A stretch of 64,000 nucleotides of DNA from a virus (taxonomy: Duplodnaviria; Heunggongvirae; Uroviricota; Caudoviricetes): the IMG/VR virus record IMGVR_UViG_3300042402_002792, one strand, 5' to 3'. The notes under the pieces are model-generated. The model was not told the origin of the DNA and ran no database searches. It was given only the letters and a program-made list of their open reading frames with translations. Made by a program: the position numbers and the translations under genes. This document shows, in pieces, positions 1-6,233 of this stretch; within the stretch, counting starts at the first letter, position 1, and every line of letters starts with the position of its first letter.

Positions 1-57
1 TTACACGGGTGAATGGTTCCTATAACGATGGGGGAACTACTTTAACAAATTCAATAT

Positions 58-131
58 GTATCTCTAATGTAATGGCAGCATGACAGTCTCCAAAACTGTT
101 CGTCGGGGTTCGAGTCCCTGGAGGTACGCCA
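58..131 (+). tRNA. tRNA-Trp (anticodon CCA)
   Basis: Manual cloverleaf. Acceptor 58-64 GTATCTC pairs with 121-127. D-arm 67-81. Anticodon stem 83-87/95-99 with loop CTCCAAA. T-arm CGGGG-TTCGAGT-CCCTG. CCA is encoded. Confidence 0.6.
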
Positions 132-196
132 AACAAGGGCCGTGAGATAATATCAAGACGATCGGCGCTGGAGCACCTACCCAGCACAAATTTTAT

Positions 197-271
197 AGCC
201 GTGTAGCTCAGAGGAAGAGCAATCGCTTGATAAGCGATAGGTCGACATTTCGAAACTGTCCATGGCTACCA
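197..271 (+). tRNA. tRNA-Ile (anticodon GAT)
   Basis: Acceptor AGCCGTG pairs with CATGGCT including one G·U. D-arm GCTC/GAGC. Anticodon stem ATCGC/GCGAT with loop TTGATAA. T-loop TTCGAAA, with one mismatch in the T-stem. CCA is encoded. Confidence 0.55.
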
Positions 272-341
272 GTTTAGGATGCTAACAGCAAAGTTAAAAA
301 CTTTTCTTATGGTGAAAACAAAATGCATCCTGTTTTATTAT

Positions 342-415
342 TCCCGGATAGTGTAGTGGTAACACAACAGACTTTGACTCTGCTATTGTAGGTTCGATTC
401 CTACTCCGGGTGCCA
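342..415 (+). tRNA. tRNA-Gln (anticodon TTG)
   Basis: D-arm GTGT-AGTGGTAA-CACA. Anticodon loop CTTTGAC. T-arm GTAGG-TTCGATT-CCTAC. Acceptor TCCCGGA/TCCGGGT with a U1·U72 mismatch. CCA is encoded. Confidence 0.55.
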
Positions 416-420
416 GTTTT

Positions 421-495
421 GGATGTTTAGCTCAGAGGTAGAGCACCACGTCGACACCGTGAAGGTCAGTGGTTCAATCCCACTAACATCCACCA
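421..495 (+). tRNA. tRNA-Val (anticodon GAC); loop position 33 is C
   Basis: Perfect acceptor GGATGTT/AACATCC. D-arm GCTC-AGAGGTA-GAGC. T-arm AGTGG-TTCAATC-CCACT. Anticodon loop TCGACAC. Confidence 0.5.
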
Positions 496-523
496 AGTTA
501 AGGATACTAACAGCAAAACCCTT

Positions 524-600
524 TTCGCCTTGTAAGCGAGTGGTAGTTGGTTCGAATCCAACATTAGGCTCCAAGCCTGATTAGCTCATTTGGTAGAGCA
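524..600 (+). tRNA. Circularly permuted or split tRNA-Thr(TGT)-like gene. The 3' half (anticodon arm through CCA, 524-573) lies directly upstream of its cognate 5' half (acceptor plus D-arm, 575-600)
   Basis: Region 524-573 reads TTCGC-CTTGTAA-GCGAG, then variable region, then T-arm GTTGG-TTCGAAT-CCAAC, then acceptor-3' ATTAGGC-T-CCA. Region 575-600 reads GCCTGAT-TA-GCTC-ATTTGGTA-GAGC-A. The acceptor strands are complementary at 7 of 7 positions with one G·U. The break falls at tRNA position 26/27. The unit is flanked by the inverted repeat AGGATAC (502-508) and GTATCCT (610-616). Confidence 0.4.
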
Positions 601-626
601 CTTTAAAATGTATCCTGTTTTTCTAT

Positions 627-702
627 GGTGTTAGTAGTGTAGTGGTCTGCACATTGCTCTGTGAAAGCGATAGTATGGGATCGTTCCCCATCTAACACCC
701 CA
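627..702 (+). tRNA. tRNA-His (anticodon GTG) with an encoded G-1
   Basis: Extra G at 627 sits opposite discriminator C699. Acceptor GTGTTAG/CTAACAC. Anticodon stem TTGCT/AGCGA with loop CTGTGAA. T-arm ATGGG-ATCGTTC-CCCAT. CCA is encoded. Confidence 0.65.
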
Positions 703-708
703 ATCATT

Positions 709-784
709 GCCGCTTTAGCTGATGTGGTCATAGCACCGGTTTGAAGCACCGAGGAACGTGGTTCGATCCCACGAGGCGGCACCA
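709..784 (+). tRNA. tRNA-Phe (anticodon GAA)
   Basis: Acceptor GCCGCTT/AGGCGGC. D-arm GCTG..TAGC. Anticodon loop TTGAAGC. T-arm CGTGG-TTCGATC-CCACG. CCA is encoded. Confidence 0.6.
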
Positions 785-789
785 AACAT

Positions 790-864
790 ACCACTGTCGT
801 ATAATGGAGTATACTCCGGTCTACGAAACCGGCAATGGAGGTTCGATTCCTTCCAGTGGTGCCA
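790..864 (+). tRNA. tRNA-Arg (anticodon ACG)
   Basis: Acceptor ACCACTG/CAGTGGT. D-arm GTAT..ATAC. Anticodon stem CCGGT/ACCGG with loop CTACGAA. T-loop TTCGATT. CCA is encoded. Confidence 0.65.
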
Positions 865-1019
865 GTTTATGGGATAGACGATAGTTTTGAGTCCCGCCTA
901 GTCTAGCCGAGTGCGCCGCTCGGTGACAAAACAGTATGACTAAGAGCGGTCTGTTAAACTTGACTATTCGAGACAATCTAGCGAGTCCTCCCAGGAGGAT
1001 AGTTAGGCGCCCAACTTTT
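865..1019 (+). ncRNA. Unassigned structured non-coding segment of 155 nt inside the tRNA cluster. It is not tRNA-shaped
   Basis: No open reading frame is present. It contains local hairpins (CCGAG..CTCGG, TCCTCC..GGAGGA) and a repeated GATAGTT. It is probably co-transcribed with the flanking tRNAs. Confidence 0.25.
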
Positions 1020-1096
1020 GCCCTTATACGCTAATTGGTAACGCGAATGGATTTAAAATCCGTTGTCTGTAGGTTCGAATCCAACTAAGGGTACCA
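1020..1096 (+). tRNA. Class-I (short variable loop) tRNA with anticodon TAA, formally Leu(UUA)
   Basis: Acceptor GCCCTTA/TAAGGGT. D-arm CGCT-AATTGGTAA-CGCG. Anticodon stem ATGGA/TCCGT with loop TTTAAAA. Variable region is 5 nt. T-loop TTCGAAT. CCA is encoded. Confidence 0.45.
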
Positions 1097-1097
1097 T

Positions 1098-1172
1098 ACC
1101 GCTTTCGTATAATGGATAATACAGCAGGCTTCTACCCTGCGAATATGGGTTCGATTCCTCTAGGCGGTGCCA
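1098..1172 (+). tRNA. tRNA-Arg (anticodon TCT)
   Basis: Acceptor ACCGCTT/AGGCGGT. D-arm GTAT..ATAC. Anticodon stem GCAGG/CCTGC with loop CTTCTAC. T-loop TTCGATT. CCA is encoded. Confidence 0.6.
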
Positions 1173-1265
1173 TATAAGCAAACACATTAGTGAGAGAACG
1201 GTCATAGACCTTAGGGCTTAGCCTGCGGCATCGTTATTTACGGTGGCTAGTGTGTTTACTTATAT
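1173..1265 (+). ncRNA. Roughly 93-nt structured element: a long hairpin closed by a 15/16-bp terminal helix, lying between two tRNAs
   Basis: TAAGCAAACACATTAG (1175-1190) is complementary to CTAGTGTGTTTACTTA (1246-1261). The interior forms sub-hairpins (GGTC-ATA-GACC, AACG..CGTT). No open reading frame is present. Confidence 0.3.
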
Positions 1266-1342
1266 GCCCCTTTACGCTAATTGGTAGTGCGGATTCTCTC
1301 AAAAGGAGTTGGCTGTCTGTTCGAATCAGACAAGGGGTACCA
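1266..1342 (+). tRNA. Class-I tRNA with anticodon CAA, formally Leu(UUG). Paralog of the tRNA at 1020-1096
   Basis: Acceptor GCCCCTT/AAGGGGT. D-arm CGCT-AATTGGTAG-TGCG. Anticodon stem ATTCT/GGAGT with loop CTCAAAA. Perfect T-arm GTCTG-TTCGAAT-CAGAC. CCA is encoded. Confidence 0.45.
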
Positions 1343-1344
1343 AA

Positions 1345-1418
1345 GCTCTTATAGGTAAGTGGTATACCAGCACTTTGGTAAAGTGCAATCACAAGTTCAA
1401 TTCTTGTTAAGAGCACCA
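1345..1418 (+). tRNA. tRNA-Thr (anticodon GGT)
   Basis: Perfect acceptor GCTCTTA/TAAGAGC. D-arm GGTA-AGTGGTA-TACC. Anticodon stem GCACT/AGTGC with loop TTGGTAA. T-arm ACAAG-TTCAATT-CTTGT. CCA is encoded. Confidence 0.65.
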
Positions 1419-1430
1419 GGTAAATATTGT

Positions 1431-2096
1431 ATGATTTTTTTACCAGCATTTTGTGTAGATGATTTTTACAGCAATCCAGACGCAGTAAGAGAGTTTGCTC
1501 TAAAACAAGAATTTAGGTCATCTGAAGGTCGTTGGCCTGGAAAGAGAACTAGAGACTTATCCGAAATTGATCCTGCGTTTCACGAACAATTCGCTAAAAA
1601 AGTTTTTTCTTTATTTCTTGAAGATGTAAACGATGTTACCAGATATAATTTGAAAACCAGTTTTCAAATGGTACCTACTCTAGATCAAGATCCAAACTCG
1701 CCTAAAAATCAAGGATGGATTCATTTTGATGATCAAACTGTTTTCGCAGGCATTGTATATCTTTCACCTGATGCAAGACCAGAAAACGGAACTTCTATCT
1801 TTAAGCTGATTAACGAATCTACGTTAGATCACGATTCTACATGTAAACAAGATTTTTATACAGGTAAAGTCTCAGAAAATTATGACGAAACAATATCACG
1901 CCATAATGGATCGTATCTAGAAACAATTAGTTTTAATAATTTATATAATCGAATGATCTGCTTTGATCGCAGTCAACCCCATGGTGTAAAATCTTTTTAC
2001 ACTACAGGTGAGACTAGATTAACACAAGTGTTCTTTCTTATGGATTTCGAAACAACAGTAACACCCCCTATTATTAGGCATAAAAAATATTTATGA
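1431..2096 (+). CDS. 2OG-Fe(II) oxygenase superfamily-like protein, first of a tandem paralog family
   Basis: ORF 1359-2096 trimmed to the first ATG downstream of tRNA-Thr. An HFD motif and a distal FDRSQPHGV (H plus RxS) match the 2-His-1-carboxylate plus 2OG-binding pattern. Confidence 0.5.
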   Translation: MIFLPAFCVDDFYSNPDAVREFALKQEFRSSEGRWPGKRTRDLSEIDPAFHEQFAKKVFSLFLEDVNDVTRYNLKTSFQMVPTLDQDPNSPKNQGWIHFDDQTVFAGIVYLSPDARPENGTSIFKLINESTLDHDSTCKQDFYTGKVSENYDETISRHNGSYLETISFNNLYNRMICFDRSQPHGVKSFYTTGETRLTQVFFLMDFETTVTPPIIRHKKYL

Positions 2097-2656
2097 ACAC
2101 ATCAATTTTTAAAGATTACACTGTAATCGACAACGCATTAGAAAATCCATATGACTTAGTTAATCAAGCTAACTCAATAAATTACTACACTAATGAAACA
2201 AATTCATTTGAAGACTTTAATTTAAGTGTACAAAATAAACCACCTGGAATTTGGAGAGGTTACAGATCAGAAGAGCTTGATAAACTAGTTCCGGAGTTAT
2301 TTGCAAATATTACTAATCAAATTATTAGTAAGGTTTTAAATATACAGCAGTTTCAATATGTAGTAAGCTCTTATTTGCATAGAGGCGATCAATCTATTGA
2401 TAGTCAAGATTTATGGCATGTAGATAAAAATGTAGCATTTGCATTTGTACTATACCTAAATCATAATCCTCCGGCAAAAACGGGTACTTTATTAAAAATA
2501 AATCAAGAAATTGTTCCAATTGAGAATAAATTTAATAGACTCGTAGTGTATAATAGCTCTATAGAACACAGAGTTGAAAACTTTTTTGGAGATACATTTG
2601 AGTCTAGTAGACTAACACTTACAGGATTTATTCATAAGCTAGCAATTAGCTGTTGA
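2093..2656 (+). CDS. 2OG-Fe(II) oxygenase-like paralog
   Basis: 187-aa ORF with start/stop overlap to its neighbours. Motifs WHVDKN (HxD) and distal EHRV. Confidence 0.5.
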   Translation: MNTSIFKDYTVIDNALENPYDLVNQANSINYYTNETNSFEDFNLSVQNKPPGIWRGYRSEELDKLVPELFANITNQIISKVLNIQQFQYVVSSYLHRGDQSIDSQDLWHVDKNVAFAFVLYLNHNPPAKTGTLLKINQEIVPIENKFNRLVVYNSSIEHRVENFFGDTFESSRLTLTGFIHKLAISC

Positions 2657-3273
2657 CAATGTTTATTTTAGATAACTTTATTGATAGATACCACGCTGAT
2701 AAAATTGAACAAGAATTTTCTAGTAACAAATTTCCGTGGTATTATCTAGAACAATCATTGCCATTGCCAGCAGTAACTAGTTTTGTAAATACGTCAGTTT
2801 TTAGACATTCGTTTATTGTTGAAAATAAATCAAATTCGGATTATGTAAGTCTGTTAACTCCGTTCTTAGAAAAAATAACTAATATGTTTTCCAGTAAGAT
2901 TGAAGTAGCTTCAATTACTGCAAACTTCTTGACCCCAAATCAAGATCTTATTGGAAAACATATTATACCTCATTATGATGTAAAATATGAAAATAAAGTT
3001 TACAACGAATTTCAAACATACACAGGATTATATTATGTAAATGATAGTGATGGCGAAACTATCTTGTTTAACGAAAAACAAGATGATGAACCTATACTAT
3101 CATTTACTGAATTAGGTAGAGTAATTCCAAAGAAAAATAGATTTGTATTTTGGAACTCTCGGCACTATCATAGTGCTCCAGCATCAGCAACAAGGAATAG
3201 ATTCGTAATTAATTTTAATTTTATAGTTGAAAAAGGAAGTGTGGCAGAGCCCGGTTTATTGCAGCAGTCTTGA
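2653..3273 (+). CDS. 2OG-Fe(II) oxygenase-like paralog (PhyH-like pattern)
   Basis: 206 aa. Motifs HYD...HYHS...RxR. The 3' end overlaps the tRNA-Ser gene by about 39 nt. Confidence 0.5.
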   Translation: MTMFILDNFIDRYHADKIEQEFSSNKFPWYYLEQSLPLPAVTSFVNTSVFRHSFIVENKSNSDYVSLLTPFLEKITNMFSSKIEVASITANFLTPNQDLIGKHIIPHYDVKYENKVYNEFQTYTGLYYVNDSDGETILFNEKQDDEPILSFTELGRVIPKKNRFVFWNSRHYHSAPASATRNRFVINFNFIVEKGSVAEPGLLQQS

Positions 3274-3326
3274 AAACTGCCGGCTCCGAAAGGGGTCCGT
3301 GAGTTCGAATCTCACCGCTTCCACCA
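3235..3326 (+). tRNA. tRNA-Ser (anticodon TGA), class II
   Basis: Acceptor GGAAGTG/CGCTTCC. Anticodon stem GCAGT/ACTGC with loop CTTGAAA. 18-nt variable arm. T-arm GTGAG-TTCGAAT-CTCAC. CCA is encoded. Confidence 0.65.
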
Positions 3327-3332
3327 AATTAT

Positions 3333-3407
3333 CGCGGGGTACGTCAGTGGCAGACTATCGGGCTCATAACCCGAAAGACGGAGGTTCGAGTCCTTCCCCC
3401 GCAACCA
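3333..3407 (+). tRNA. Initiator tRNA-fMet (anticodon CAT)
   Basis: C1·A72 mismatch. Anticodon stem TCGGG/CCCGA (three G·C pairs next to the loop) with loop CTCATAA. T-arm GGAGG-TTCGAGT-CCTTC. CCA is encoded. Confidence 0.65.
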
Positions 3408-3412
3408 AATAT

Positions 3413-3511
3413 GCCGCCATAGCTTAATGGTAAAGAAGCGAGCTTATACCTCGCCAAAGCACAGGCCAGATAAGCCTGAGTGTGCAGGTTCGAGTCCTGC
3501 TGGCGGCACCA
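3413..3511 (+). tRNA. Oversized (99-nt) tRNA-like gene. The candidate anticodon arm is GCGAG-CTTATAC-CTCGC (anticodon TAT) and is followed by an unusually long (~29-nt) extra arm
   Basis: Perfect acceptor GCCGCCA/TGGCGGC and T-arm GCAGG-TTCGAGT-CCTGC. CCA is encoded. The interior contains a second hairpin, CAGGC-CAGATAA-GCCTG. Identity could not be resolved by eye. Confidence 0.35.
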
Positions 3512-3519
3512 AAATTTAT

Positions 3520-3597
3520 GTAGGGGTGGCAGAGAGGCCCAATGCAGTGGATTGCAAATCCGCAAAACCGTCGGTTCGAATCCGACTCCCTACTCCA
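3520..3597 (+). tRNA. tRNA-Cys (anticodon GCA)
   Basis: Acceptor GTAGGGG/TCCCTAC with discriminator U. Anticodon stem GTGGA/TCCGC with loop TTGCAAA. T-arm GTCGG-TTCGAAT-CCGAC. CCA is encoded. Confidence 0.55.
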
Positions 3598-3620
3598 TAA
3601 TAAAATATAAGTAGTATATT

Positions 3621-3697
3621 GCCCCGATGACGGAATTGGTATACGTGTTGGTCTTAGAAGCCAAATTTTGCGAGTTCGAGTCTCGCTTGGGGCACCA
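3621..3697 (+). tRNA. Class-I tRNA with anticodon TAG, formally Leu(CUA)
   Basis: Acceptor GCCCCGA/TTGGGGC. Anticodon stem TTGGT/GCCAA with loop CTTAGAA. Variable region is 5 nt. T-arm GCGAG-TTCGAGT-CTCGC. CCA is encoded. Confidence 0.45.
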
Positions 3698-3703
3698 AAT
3701 AAT

Positions 3704-3777
3704 GCGGGATTAGTTTAATGGTCAAACGAAACCTTGCCAAGGTTTAGTCAGGAGTTCGATTCTCCTATCCCGCTCCA
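3704..3777 (+). tRNA. tRNA-Gly (anticodon GCC)
   Basis: Perfect acceptor GCGGGAT/ATCCCGC. D-arm GTTT..AAAC. Anticodon stem AAACC/GGTTT with loop TTGCCAA. T-arm AGGAG-TTCGATT-CTCCT. CCA is encoded. Confidence 0.65.
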
Positions 3778-3792
3778 AACATGTAGGTTGCT

Positions 3793-5241
3793 ATGTATAA
3801 AATTGTTGTTGTTGGTGGAGGAACAGCTGGATTAATGGCTGCATCGTTTTTAAAATCTACATATGGTCCTCACGTAGATGTAACTGTAATCTATGATCAT
3901 AAAAATCCAGGAATAGGTGTTGGAGAAAGTTTAACTCCTATAATTTATGAATACTTAACTGCTGTCGGAATTACTAGAGAAGAACTTATTTTAAATGTTA
4001 ATGCTACAGTTAAATTAGGTTTAAAATTTAAGAACTGGTTAAATGACGGCGGGTACTACTGGCATCCATTTGTGCAAAAAGACTCACCTAGAAATGATAT
4101 CGATGCCGCATTTGATCTAGCACATAACACTTATGACTCAGATAATGGCTATAGTAGTTATTTTTTAGAATCAAATCGTATACCTAAACAATCCGGTACA
4201 CAGGCATTACATATTGATTCTGTTCTTTTTGCTAGATATATAGAACACAAATTTAAAGATAGAATTAATATTGTCGATGGTATTGTAGATGAAGTAAATG
4301 TAAGCGAACACAATCATATTACTCACGTTAGATTAACAGACGGTCGAGTATTTGACGGTAACTTTTTTGTTGATGCTAGCGGGATGCAGTATGCATTATT
4401 TAAACACTTAAATGTAAAATGGGTTGACAAATCAGACTGGCTACCAATTGATCGATGTATCCCAAATCCAGTTCCGTGGACATTTACAACACAGCCTACT
4501 TATACTACATCCGAAGCTAGCAAAGACGGATGGATATTACAAGTTCCGTTGAGTAATCGTTGGGGTACTGGGTACCTTTACTCTAGTCAATTTCAACAAG
4601 ATAACCGTGCTCACGATACATTTGATCAGTTTTTAAAAAATAACTACGGCACAGAACTTACAAGCTCAAGAGTAATTAAATTTAAAAGTGGCTTTTGGGA
4701 AGATCAATGGGTTGGTAATTGTATTGCTGTAGGATTGTCAAGTGGGTTTACCGAACCGTTAGAAGCTACAAACATACACCATGTTGTTTATCAATTATGG
4801 ATGTTTACTGAAATGTTTAATTTAGAAATACTTAATTACGATAGAAAAAAATATAATAAAATGATGACCAGTTTTTATAACAATGTCTATTTGTATCTTA
4901 GATTTTGTTATACTACAGGAAGAACCGATAGTGAATTTTGGAAATACATGACAGCAAACGTTCCCGAATCAGTTCGAGACTTAGAAGAAAAAATCTCACG
5001 TAACTCAATGAATACCTACTCATTACCAGGTACTGTGTTTTCGTATCATAACTTTACAAAAGTAGCTCACGGGTTAGGAAAAATTAATAGAATGAGCTAC
5101 CTAAACGAGCTCAGATTACGAAATATGATTGAACAAGCAAGGATTAAAGCAACTAAACTCAAAATTGAAAAATTAGTTGACTATGAGACTAGCATTGATC
5201 ATTTAGAATATATAAAATCGGTCCTTAACTCAACTGGATAG
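3793..5241 (+). CDS. FAD-dependent (tryptophan-type) halogenase-like protein
   Basis: 482 aa. N-terminal GxGxxG FAD-binding fold (VVVGGGTAGLMAASF) and a W-x-W/L-x-IP-like motif (DGWILQVP), giving an overall flavin-halogenase architecture. The 3' end overlaps the next tRNA. Confidence 0.55.
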   Translation: MYKIVVVGGGTAGLMAASFLKSTYGPHVDVTVIYDHKNPGIGVGESLTPIIYEYLTAVGITREELILNVNATVKLGLKFKNWLNDGGYYWHPFVQKDSPRNDIDAAFDLAHNTYDSDNGYSSYFLESNRIPKQSGTQALHIDSVLFARYIEHKFKDRINIVDGIVDEVNVSEHNHITHVRLTDGRVFDGNFFVDASGMQYALFKHLNVKWVDKSDWLPIDRCIPNPVPWTFTTQPTYTTSEASKDGWILQVPLSNRWGTGYLYSSQFQQDNRAHDTFDQFLKNNYGTELTSSRVIKFKSGFWEDQWVGNCIAVGLSSGFTEPLEATNIHHVVYQLWMFTEMFNLEILNYDRKKYNKMMTSFYNNVYLYLRFCYTTGRTDSEFWKYMTANVPESVRDLEEKISRNSMNTYSLPGTVFSYHNFTKVAHGLGKINRMSYLNELRLRNMIEQARIKATKLKIEKLVDYETSIDHLEYIKSVLNSTG

Positions 5242-5295
5242 AGTGCAAGTCTTCGAAACTTGAAGTTAGGGGTTCGAGTCCTCTAGGGCCGGCCA
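5219..5295 (+). tRNA. tRNA-Arg (anticodon TCG)
   Basis: Acceptor CGGTCCT/AGGGCCG. D-arm ACTC..GAGT. Anticodon stem CAAGT/ACTTG with loop CTTCGAA. T-arm AGGGG-TTCGAGT-CCTCT. CCA is encoded. The 5' end overlaps the last 23 nt of the halogenase CDS. Confidence 0.55.
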
Positions 5296-5298
5296 GTT

Positions 5299-5373
5299 GC
5301 CGCTGTAGTTCAATGGATAGAACAAGTTCCTCCTAAGAATTAGATGTAGGTTCGATTCCTGCCAGAGGCGCCA
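5299..5373 (+). tRNA. tRNA-Arg (anticodon CCT)
   Basis: Acceptor GCCGCTG/CAGAGGC with one mismatch. D-arm GTTC..GAAC. Anticodon stem AGTTC/GAATT with loop CTCCTAA. T-arm GTAGG-TTCGATT-CCTGC. CCA is encoded. Confidence 0.55.
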
Positions 5374-5379
5374 AACATG

Positions 5380-5408
5380 TTGACAACGAATCTGCTATTA
5401 TGTATAAT
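5380..5408 (+). promoter_or_regulatory. Perfect sigma70 consensus promoter TTGACA-N17-TATAAT. The predicted start coincides with the 5' end of the tRNA-like gene at 5415
   Basis: TTGACA at 5380-5385, a 17-nt spacer, TATAAT at 5403-5408. Confidence 0.55.
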
Positions 5409-5414
5409 TACATT

Positions 5415-5523
5415 GTAGCCGTAACGCAAATAGGCAAAGCTCCAATAGCAACATTGTATGTTGTGAGGGACGGGGTCGAATATAGTTCGGTAACCCATGG
5501 AGGTTCGAAGCCTCCCGGCTACA
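5415..5523 (+). tRNA. Oversized (109-nt) tRNA-like gene of unresolved identity. A candidate anticodon arm GCAAC-ATTGTAT-GTTGT would give anticodon TGT
   Basis: Perfect acceptor GTAGCCG/CGGCTAC and perfect T-arm GGAGG-TTCGAAG-CCTCC. No CCA is encoded. A long internal hairpin GGGTCGAA-TATAG-TTCGGTAACCC sits in the variable region. The D-region is irregular. Confidence 0.3.
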
Positions 5524-5536
5524 TAGGACATTAAAA

Positions 5537-6133
5537 ATGATTATAAGAAATGTATTTGATACCCCAGTTGTAATACATCATTGTCATGACGCAGAAATAT
5601 TTGCTAACAAATCTATCAGAGATAGTATAGAGTTTGTGTTTGGTCTAGAAGAAATTAGAGAAACTATTGATCCATCTCAAGTAGGAAATGCTTTTACAAC
5701 TTGCAATCATTTTGATAAATTTCCGTTGATCTCTATGCCCGGAACTGAAAACTTATCAGAATGGGTAGCTAGGAAAATATTAGAAAGCAGTAAACACTTT
5801 GGATTTGAAAATTCTACCAAAATAGAATTTTTGAGAACATGGATAAATCTTTACTTCTATGGTTGTGAAGGAACCTGCCATCATCATCCAACAGACATTG
5901 ACGGTGTGGGAATTTTTTATATAAAGGTTCCTTCTAATAGTAGCCAATTAGTTTTTATCCGTGACGGCATCGATGGTACTAAGATTAATCAATATCCACC
6001 AGAACAACTTGCGTTTCAACCTGTTGTACAAGGAGACCTGATTATTCACAATCCTAAGGTGCCACATGCTATTTCTCAACATAAAGCTCACGATTCACGA
6101 ATATGTTTTATATACGAGTTTAAATATCATTAA
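5537..6133 (+). CDS. Hypothetical protein, possibly a divergent 2OG oxygenase-like paralog
   Basis: 198-aa ORF. His-rich motifs (CHHHPTD ... VPHAISQH). An AAGGA-type ribosome-binding site is absent but the gene packing is tight. Confidence 0.4.
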   Translation: MIIRNVFDTPVVIHHCHDAEIFANKSIRDSIEFVFGLEEIRETIDPSQVGNAFTTCNHFDKFPLISMPGTENLSEWVARKILESSKHFGFENSTKIEFLRTWINLYFYGCEGTCHHHPTDIDGVGIFYIKVPSNSSQLVFIRDGIDGTKINQYPPEQLAFQPVVQGDLIIHNPKVPHAISQHKAHDSRICFIYEFKYH

Positions 6134-6222
6134 GGAGAGTTGGCAGAGTGGTAATGCACCGGATTGCTAATCCGCCGTTCATGAAAGTGGGCGCACAGGT
6201 TCGAGTCCTGTACTCTCCGCCA
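6134..6222 (+). tRNA. tRNA-Ser (anticodon GCT), class II
   Basis: Perfect acceptor GGAGAGT/ACTCTCC. Anticodon loop TTGCTAA. Long variable arm. T-arm ACAGG-TTCGAGT-CCTGT. CCA is encoded. Confidence 0.6.
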
Positions 6223-6233
6223 TTATTTGTTAT

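Noticed and set aside
603-1449. Minus-strand ORFs at 603-794 and 1234-1449 from the six-frame track
   Set aside because: They lie entirely within or antisense to well-formed tRNA genes and spacers. They have no ribosome-binding site and no protein-like composition. They are chance open frames.
3227-3565. ORFs at 3227-3427 (+) and 3344-3565 (-)
   Set aside because: They span tRNA-Ser, tRNA-fMet, tRNA-like and tRNA-Cys sequences. They are artefacts of tRNA sequence being open in those frames.
5340-5531. ORF at 5340-5531 (-)
   Set aside because: It is antisense to tRNA-Arg(CCT), the consensus promoter and the 109-nt tRNA-like gene.
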